From the human T2T-CHM13v2.0 reference genome, Homo sapiens: DNA of 64,000 nucleotides. The stretch lies in the NCBI RefSeq assembly GCF_009914755.1, contig NC_060932.1; one strand, given 5' to 3'. Each line of letters begins with the position of its first letter. Position 1 is the stretch's first letter. The notes beneath the pieces are model-generated. The model was not told the origin of the DNA. It made no database searches and worked only from the letters and a program-made list of their open reading frames with translations. The position numbers were made by a program, and so were the translations under genes. Positions 56,366 through 64,000 of this stretch are shown here, in pieces.

Positions 56366-59100
56366 CCCAAGACTGAACTGGGAAGGAATTGAATCCCTCA
56401 ATAGACCAACAACGAGCTCTGAAATTGAGTCAGTAATAAATAGCCTACCAACCAACAAAAGCCCGGGACCAGAGAGATTGACAGCTGAATTCTACCAGAT
56501 GTAAAAAGAAGAAATTGTACCATTCCTGCTGAAACAATTCCAAAAAATTGAGGAGGAGGGATTCCTCCCTAACTCATTCTATGAGACCAGCATCATTCTG
56601 ATACCAAAACCCAGCAAAGACACAACAACAAAACAAAGAAAACTTCAGGCCAATATCTTTGATAAACATCGACACAAAAATCCTCAAAAAATACTGGCAA
56701 ACCAAATCCAGCAGCACATCAAAAAGCTTATCCACCACAATTAAGTAGGCTTTGTCCCTAGGATGCAAGGTTGGTTCACCATACACAAATCAATAAATGT
56801 GACTTGTCACATAAATAGAACTAAAGACAAAAACCACATGATTATCTTAATATTTGCAAAAAAGTCTTTTGATAAAATTCAACACCCCTTCCTTCATGTT
56901 AAAAACTCAATAAACTAGATGTTGAAGGAACATACCTCAAAATAGTAAGAGCCATCTCTGACAAACTCACAGCCAGCATCATACTGAATGGGCAGAAGCC
57001 GGAAGCATTCCCCTTGAAAACTGAAATAAGACAAGAATACCCTCTCTCACCACTCCTATTCAACACAGTATTGGAAGTCTTGACCAGGGCAATCAGGCAA
57101 GAGAAAGAAATAAAAGGCATCCAAATAGAAAGAGAGGAAGTCAAACTATCCCTGTTTGCAGATGACATGATCCTATATTTAGAAAACCCCACAGTATTGG
57201 TCTAAAAGTCTTTAAGCTGATAAACAACTTCAGCAAAGCCTCAGGATACAAAATCAATGTGCAAAAATCACCAGCACTCCTATACACCAACTACAGTCAA
57301 GCCAAGAGCCAAATCAGGAACACAATCCCTTTCACAGTTGCCACAAAAAGAATACAATACCTAGGAATACAGCTAATGAGGGAGGTGAAACATCTCTGCA
57401 AGGTGAACTACAAAACACTGCTCAAAGAAATCAGAAATGACACAATCAAATGGAAAGACCTTCCATGTTCATTGATGAGAAGAATCAATATTGTTAAAAT
57501 GACCATACTGCCCAAAGCAATTTGTAGATTCAATGCTATTTCTATTAAACTACCAATATCATTCTTCACAGAACTAAAAGAAACTATTTAAAAATTCATA
57601 TGGAACCAAAAAGAGCCCTAATAGCCAAGGCAATCCTAAACAAAAGGAACAAAGCTGGAGGCATCACGCTACCTGACTTCAAACTATACTACAGGTATAC
57701 AGTAACCAAAATAGCATGGTACTGGTACAAAAACAGACACATAGACCAATGGGACAGAATACAGAACTGAGAAATAAGGCCACACACCTACAACTGTCTG
57801 ATCTTTGACAAAAATGACAAAACAAGCAATGGGGAAAAGACTCCTTATTCAATAAATGGTGCTGGGATAGCTGGCTAGCCATCTGCAGAATACTGAAACT
57901 CGGTTCCTTCCTCACACCATATACAAAAATTAACTCAAGATGGATTAGAGACTTAAATGTAAAACCCAAAACTATAAAAACCCTGGAAGACAACCTAGGC
58001 AGTACCATTCTAGACATAGGAATGGGCAAAGATTTCATGATGAAGATCACAAGCAATTGCAACAAAAGCAAAAATTGACAAATGGGATCTAGTTAAACTG
58101 AAGAGCTTCTGCATAGTAAAGGAAACTATCAACAGAGTGAACAGACAACCTACAGGGTGGGAGAAAATTTTTGCAAACTGTGCATCTGACAAAGATCTAA
58201 TATCCAGCATCTATAAGGAACTTAAACACATTGACAAGAGAAAAACAAACAAAGTGGGCAAAGGACATGAACACTTTTCAAAAGAAGACACACATATGGC
58301 CAACAATCATATGAAAAAAAGCTCAACATCACTCATCATTAGAGAAATGCAAATCAAAACCATAATGAAATACCATCTCACACTAGGCAGAACGGCTACT
58401 ATGAAAAAGTCAAAAAATAACAGATGCTGGCAAGGTTGTGAAGAAAAAGGAACACTTACACACGGTTTGTGGGAGTGTAAAGTAGTTCAATCATTGTGGA
58501 AGATAGTATGGTGATTCCTCAGAAACCTAAAGACAGAAATGCTATTTGACTTAGCAATCCCATTACTGGGTATATACCAAAGGAATATAAATTGTTGTAT
58601 CATAAAGACACGTGCATGCATATATTCATTGCAGCACCATTCACAATAGCAAAGACATTGAATCAACCTAAATACTCATCAATGACAGACTGGATAAAGA
58701 AAAATGTGATACATATATACCATGGAAAACTATGCAGCCGAAAAAATGAATGAGGTCATGTCCTTTGCAGGAACATGAATGGAGCTGGAAGCTATAATCC
58801 TTAGCAAACTAACACAGGAACAGAAAACCAAATATCCCATGTTCTCACTTATAAGTGGGAGCTAAATGATGAGAAAACATGGACACATAGAGGAGAACAG
58901 CACACACTGGGGCCTACTGGAGGATGGAAGGTGGAAGCAGGGATAGGACCAGGAAAAATAACCAACGGGTGCTAGGCTTAATACCTGGGTGACAAAATAA
59001 TCTGTACAACAAACCCCTGTGACACAAGTTTACCTATATAATGAGCCTACACATGTACCCCTGAACTTAAAAGTTAAAAAAAACCTAAAAAAAAAAAAAA
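56366..59100 (+). mobile_element. 5'-truncated L1PA13-15-like element
   Basis: RT remnant LFADDMILY (57014-57205); 3'UTR ctaggcttaatacctgggtgacaaaataatctgtacaacaaacccc; A tail. Confidence 0.88.
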
Positions 59101-60189
59101 GAAAAACAAGTCACATGTGGGAAGAATATGTTGGTTAAACACTTACCTGATAAATCACTTGTATGCAGAATATATAAATAACTCTCACAACTCAATAATT
59201 AGAAAACAAATGCACTGTATCTTAAAATCGGCAAAAGCATTGAACCTATACTTCACCAAAGAAGATATACAGATGGTGAAAAAAAAAATCATGAAAAGAT
59301 TCCCATTGTTGTTAGTCACCAGGGAAATTTAAATTATAATCACACCCATCTATTCAAATGGCTAAAATTTTAAAAATTGAATGATCCTAAGTGCTTATAG
59401 TAATGTTGAGCAAGTGGAACTATCATACGTTGCCAATGCCAATGCAAATTTTTACTACCAGTTTGGAAAAACATTTTGGCAGTTACTTTTAAACTTATAC
59501 ATACATTTACCTTATGACTCCAAAATCTCACTCATAGAAATTTAATCAAAAGAAATGAAAACCCTTGTCTGTATAAATACTTGAACATAAATGTTTATAT
59601 TGTCATTATTCATAATTGCCAAAATTTGAAAACAACAAAAATGTCTATCAACTGGTGCATGTATAAACCAAATTGTAGTAAACCTATTCAATGGAATACT
59701 ATTTAGCAATAAAAGGAATGAAGTACAGATGCATGCAACAACACTGATGAATCTCAAATATGTTAAGAGAAAGATGCCCATCTCAAATGGCTACGTACTA
59801 TAGGATTCCATTGAGATGTCCTTCTGGTGTTCTATTTCTTGTTTGTGGTGTTGTAAACACAACTGTGTGCATTTGTCAGAATTTATAAAACTGTACACTG
59901 AAAAATGTCAATTTCACAATATATCTAATATATCTCAACATCTTGATTTTTAAAAAGCTAAATGTGGCTTATAGAGTGTAATATAACTTGAGATTGAGTT
60001 TCTTGTTTCTAAACATAAATTGTTAATGTGTTGGCAAGTATAACTTCTATCCTTACTAAAACTTTCCTGAAGTTTTTATGGATTACCTCAATGATGCACA
60101 CTTAAATACAGACTAAAAGTAAATATTTATCTTACTAGATTTATCTTCATTTTTCTTATCTTCCTGTCCTTGGCTTTTAAAGATCAATT

Positions 60190-60326
60190 CACTAGAAAGA
60201 AATCTAAAAGTTATTAGTTGTTATCTCTGGAGGTGGAATCACAGGATTAAATAATTTTGTTCTTTGTATATTTTTGTATTTTCCAATGTTATGATTACCA
60301 TGTATTATTTTTATAATCAGAAAAAC
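60190..60326 (+). mobile_element. L1ME4/MC-type 3' terminus
   Basis: gttatctctggaggtggaatcacagg ... catgtattatttttataatcagaaaaa. Confidence 0.65.
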
Positions 60327-60906
60327 TTACTAAAATAAGACAGTACCCCAAATTACCTTAAGATTACCATTTGAAGATATGTGACTTTCTGGAGCTACAC
60401 ACACAGAGTCACTCTCTTTCTTGCAGCCACCTGTCTAATTTAGGTTGCTTCCTAAGGGACTAACAGATGTTGGTCACCAAGAAGCTCTGCAACAGAGACA
60501 GTTACCTCAGGCGAGTTGTGGTGAAAGTGATGCCTCTTTCTGACTTGCACAAAATATGTCTTCACTCATAATGTACACAATCTGCATGAAACATGGCCTG
60601 TCTTATGTTCGAATACATACACCTACTTAAGCACAAATTAAAAAATTCCCATAAGTTCTAGATTACATTTTGTGTAATATGTGTGGGCCATTCATAGCTC
60701 AAGCTATTTTTCTCTATCTCACACCAAGTTTAAATAGAATTCACAGAGATGATAGGCACATTTTAAAAATAACATCACTAATGAAAGAAAAAATGCATGG
60801 AATATTTTAAAGCTGTCTTTTCTATTATGAAAGTATCACAATGAGAATCTAGAAAAACCAGAAATGCTATATATCTACATATCTCTATCTCCTTAGGTCT
60901 ATCTAT

Positions 60907-60907
<1 letters not shown>

Positions 60908-60950
<43 letters not shown>
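60908..60950 (+). repeat. (TATC)10 tetranucleotide STR within a longer degenerate TATC tract
   Basis: Pure TATC run 60908-60947. Confidence 0.95.
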
Positions 60951-60978
60951 TATCTATCTTTCCATCATCTATCTAATC

Positions 60979-61307
60979 TATCACCACACATATCCCTACT
61001 ACTCAGAAATAAGGTGCTATTAACATTTCAGAGCATTTCTTTTAGGTATTTCTACATATGTATGTATGAATATATGTATGTATCTATCTTTCTATCACCA
61101 CACATATCTCTATTACTCAGGAATAAGCTGCTATTAACATTTCAGAGTATTTCTTTCAAGTCTATTATCTATCTATCTGTCTATCTCTCTATCTATCTAT
61201 CTACCATCTATCTATCTAATCTATCACTGTTCATATTCCTGCTACTCAGGAATAAGCTGCTGTTAACATTTCAGAGTATTTCTTTCAGGTATTTTTCTCT
61301 ATGCATA
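60979..61307. repeat. Three-copy tandem repeat (~85-130 bp unit) with embedded microsatellites
   Basis: tactcag.aataag.tgct.ttaacatttcagag.atttcttt recurs in units starting 60979, 61093 and 61222. Confidence 0.9.
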
Positions 61308-61704
61308 AACACTACCACATGTATTTAAAGCTGTCCTATATTTATATCATCACTTTAGTACTTCCATTGGTAAAATAAAACTGCAGCTGTGTTGCACTGT
61401 ATACCCTGCTACTCAGGGTATTTGGAAGCTGAAAATTTCTTCTTATCACATTCTTTTATTACTAGAATTAGCCAATAAATTATTAGACACAATTCAGTAA
61501 GGCCATGTGCCTTTTCCTTTTATTTATTTTGTTTTCCCAGCAATTTGCTAATTTCCCCATATTTCCTGAGCTCCTTTTCAGTTTCTCTCAGGTAGTTATT
61601 ATATCTATGATTGAAAATAAGAGGGCATTAATATTAACAATCTTCCTGCCTCAATGTGACTAATCCCATCCGTAAGTGAAGTGTTTTCTATTTAAACACA
61701 ATTT

Positions 61705-62742
61705 GAGCGGGTGGAGCCAAGATGGCCAAATAGGAACAGCTCCAGTCTACATCTCCCAGCGTGAGCGATGCAGAAGATGGGTGATTTCTGCATTTCCAAC
61801 TGAGGTATCGGGTTCATCTCACTGGGGAGTGTCAGAGAGTCAGTGCAGGACAGTGAGTGCAGCGCACCGAGTGTGAGCCAAAGCAGGGCCAGGCATCGCC
61901 TCACCCAGGAAGTGCAAGGGGTCAGGGAATTCCCTTTCCTAGTCAAAGAAAGGGGTGAGAGTTTGCACCTGGAAAATCAGGTCACTCCCACCCTAATACT
62001 GCGCTTTTCCAACAGTCTTAGTAAACGGCACACCAGGAGATTATATCCCACACATGGCTCAGAGAGGCCTACGCCCACAGACCCTCACTCATTGCTAGCA
62101 CAAGAGTCTGAGATCAAACTGCAAGGCGGCAGTGAGGCTGGGGGATGGGGCGCCCGCCATTGCTGAGGCTTGAGTACGTAAACAAAGCAGCTGGGAAGCT
62201 CTAACAGGGTGGAGCCCACCGCAGCTCAAGGAGGCCTGCCTGCCTCTGTAGACACCACTTCTGGGGGCAGGGGATAGCCAAACAAAAGGCAGCAGAAACC
62301 TCTGCAGACTTAAATGTCCCTGTCTGACAGCTTTGAAGAGAGTAGTGGTTCTCCCAGCATGCAGCTGGAGGTCTGAGAATGGACAGACTGCCTCTTCAAG
62401 TGGGTCCCTGACCACCAAGTAGCCTAACTGGGAGGCACCCCCCAGTAGGGGCAGACTGACACCTCACACGGCCGGGTACTACTCTGAGACAAAACTTCCA
62501 GAGGAACGATCAGGCAGCAACATTTGCTGTTCACCAATATCCACTATCCACTGTTCTGCAGCCTCCGCTGCTGATACCAAGGCAAACAGGATCTGGAGTG
62601 GACCTCCAGCAAACTCCAACAGACCTGCAGCTGAGGGTCCTCACTGTTAGAAGGAAAACTAACAAACAGAAAGGACATCCACACCAAAACTCCATCTGTA
62701 CGTCACCATCATCAAAGACCAAAGGTAGATAGAACCACAAAG
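61705..62742 (+). promoter_or_regulatory. L1 5'UTR internal promoter with YY1 site and antisense-promoter region
   Basis: CAAGATGGCC at 61718-61727. Many CpGs have decayed to TG/CA, so activity is uncertain. Confidence 0.7.
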
Positions 62743-63755
62743 ATGGGGAAATAAAAGAGCAGAAAAACTGGAAACTCTAAAAATCAGAGTGCCTCTCCTC
62801 CTCCAAAGGAATGCAGCTCCTCACCAGCAATGGAACAAAGCTGGACGGAGAATGACTTTGATGAGTTGAGAGAAGAAGGCTTCAGATGATCAAACTACTC
62901 CGAGCTACAGGAGGAAGTTTGGACCCATAGCAAAGAAGTTAAAAACCTTGAAAAAAAATTAGACGAATGGCTAACTAGAATAACCAATGCAGAGTAGTCC
63001 TTAAAGGACCTGATGGAGCTGAAAACCAGGGCATGAGAACTACGTGACGAATGCACAAGCCTCAGTAGCCGATTTGATCAACTGGAAGAAAGGGTATCAG
63101 TGATGGAAGATCAAATGAATGAAATGAAGTGAGAAGAGAAAGTTTAGAGAAAAAAGAACAAAAAGAAACAAAGCCTCCAAGAAATATGGGACTATGTGAA
63201 AAGACCAAATCTATGTCTGATTGGTGTACCTGAAAGTGACAGGGAGAATGGAACCAAGTTGGAAAACACTCTGCAGGATATTATCCAGGAGAACTTCCCC
63301 AATCTAGCAAGGCAGGCCAACATTCAAATTCAGGAAATACAGAGAATGCCACAAAGATACTCCTCGAGAAGAGCAACTCCAAGACACATAATTGTCAGAT
63401 TCACCAAAGTTGAAATGAAGGAAAAAATGTTAAGGGCAGCCAGAGAGAAAGTTTGGGTTACCAACAAAGGGAAGCCCATCAGACTAACAGCTGATCTCTC
63501 AGCAGAAACTCTACAAGCCCGAAGAGAGTGGGGCCAATATTTAACATTCTTAAAGAAAAGAATTTTCAACCCAGAATTTCATATTCAGCCAAACTAAGCT
63601 TCATAAGAGAAGGAGAAATAAAATACTTTACAGACAAGCAAATGCTGAGAGATTTTGTCACCACCAGGCCTGCCCTACAAGAGCTCCTGAAGGAAGCACT
63701 AAACATGGAAACGAACAACTGGTAACAGCCACTGCAAAAACATGCCAAATTGTAA
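62743..63755 (+). pseudogene. L1 ORF1p remnant
   Basis: Stop at codon 4 plus later stops and frameshifts; KRPNLCLIGVPE, RATPRHIIVRF. Confidence 0.92.
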
Positions 63756-64000
63756 AGACCATCGAGGCTAGGAAGAAAATGCATCAACTAATGAGCAAAA
63801 TAACCAGCTAACATCATAATGACAGGATCAAATTAACACATAACAATATTAACCTTAAATGTAAATAGGCTAAATGCTCCAATTAAAAGACAAAGACTGG
63901 CAAATTGGATAAAGAGTCAAGACCCATCAGTGTGCTGTATTCAGGAAACCCATCTCACATGCAGAGACACACATAGACTCAAAATAAAGGGATCGAGGAA

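Larger units (their letters stand above)
50700..59960 (+). mobile_element. Near-complete old L1M (L1MC/MD-like) with nested MER20, AluJ and L1PA13-like insertions
   Basis: 5'UTR-like 50700-51770, ORF1 end (ctagacacatcatattcaaactgctgaaaacc), inter-ORF region, degenerate ORF2 (ILNGERLNAF in ORF 54893-55108), 3' end 59100-59960. Confidence 0.85.
61705..64000 (+). mobile_element. L1PA4/5-like LINE-1: complete 5'UTR, ORF1 and start of ORF2; continues beyond the window; inactive
   Basis: ggtggagccaagatggccaaatagg 5' end. ORF1 ATG 62743 (ATG GGG AAA TAA); ORF2 ATG 63819 (stop at codon 6). Confidence 0.93.

Noticed and set aside
60979-61307. Repeat-spacer pattern resembling a CRISPR array
   Set aside because: Primate DNA, only three degenerate units, the spacers are microsatellites and there are no cas genes.

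Overview
AT-rich primate genomic DNA (AluY plus L1PA2/3-, L1PA4- and L1PA7-type elements point to a catarrhine, probably hominoid/human, genome). It is intergenic or deep intronic, and roughly two thirds is recognisable interspersed repeat. I found no intact cellular protein-coding sequence, RNA gene or CRISPR array. Every informative ORF in the track is a broken LINE-1 ORF1/ORF2 piece, an Alu translation or a microsatellite artefact. Main landmarks: (1) a 5'-clipped L1PA7-like element (~905-7913) carrying an inserted HERV-I/LTR10F fragment (env 3' end + U3-R + A tail, no U5) that looks like a retrocopied mRNA and itself holds a truncated AluY; (2) a ~9 kb old L1M element (~50700-59960) with a 164-bp tandem duplication and nested MER20, AluJ and L1PA13-like insertions; (3) the 5' end of an L1PA4-like element running off the window; (4) a microsatellite-bearing tandem duplication with a fold-back junction at ~31 kb; (5) repeat-poor islands with candidate enhancer motifs (22.1, 25.8-26.2 and 49.5 kb) and candidate non-coding exons. 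I do not see a convincing new biological system. The best candidates are mutational-mechanism signatures and possible regulatory elements. Subfamily names come from my recall of consensus sequences and need Dfam/RepeatMasker confirmation. Boundaries of old repeats are approximate.
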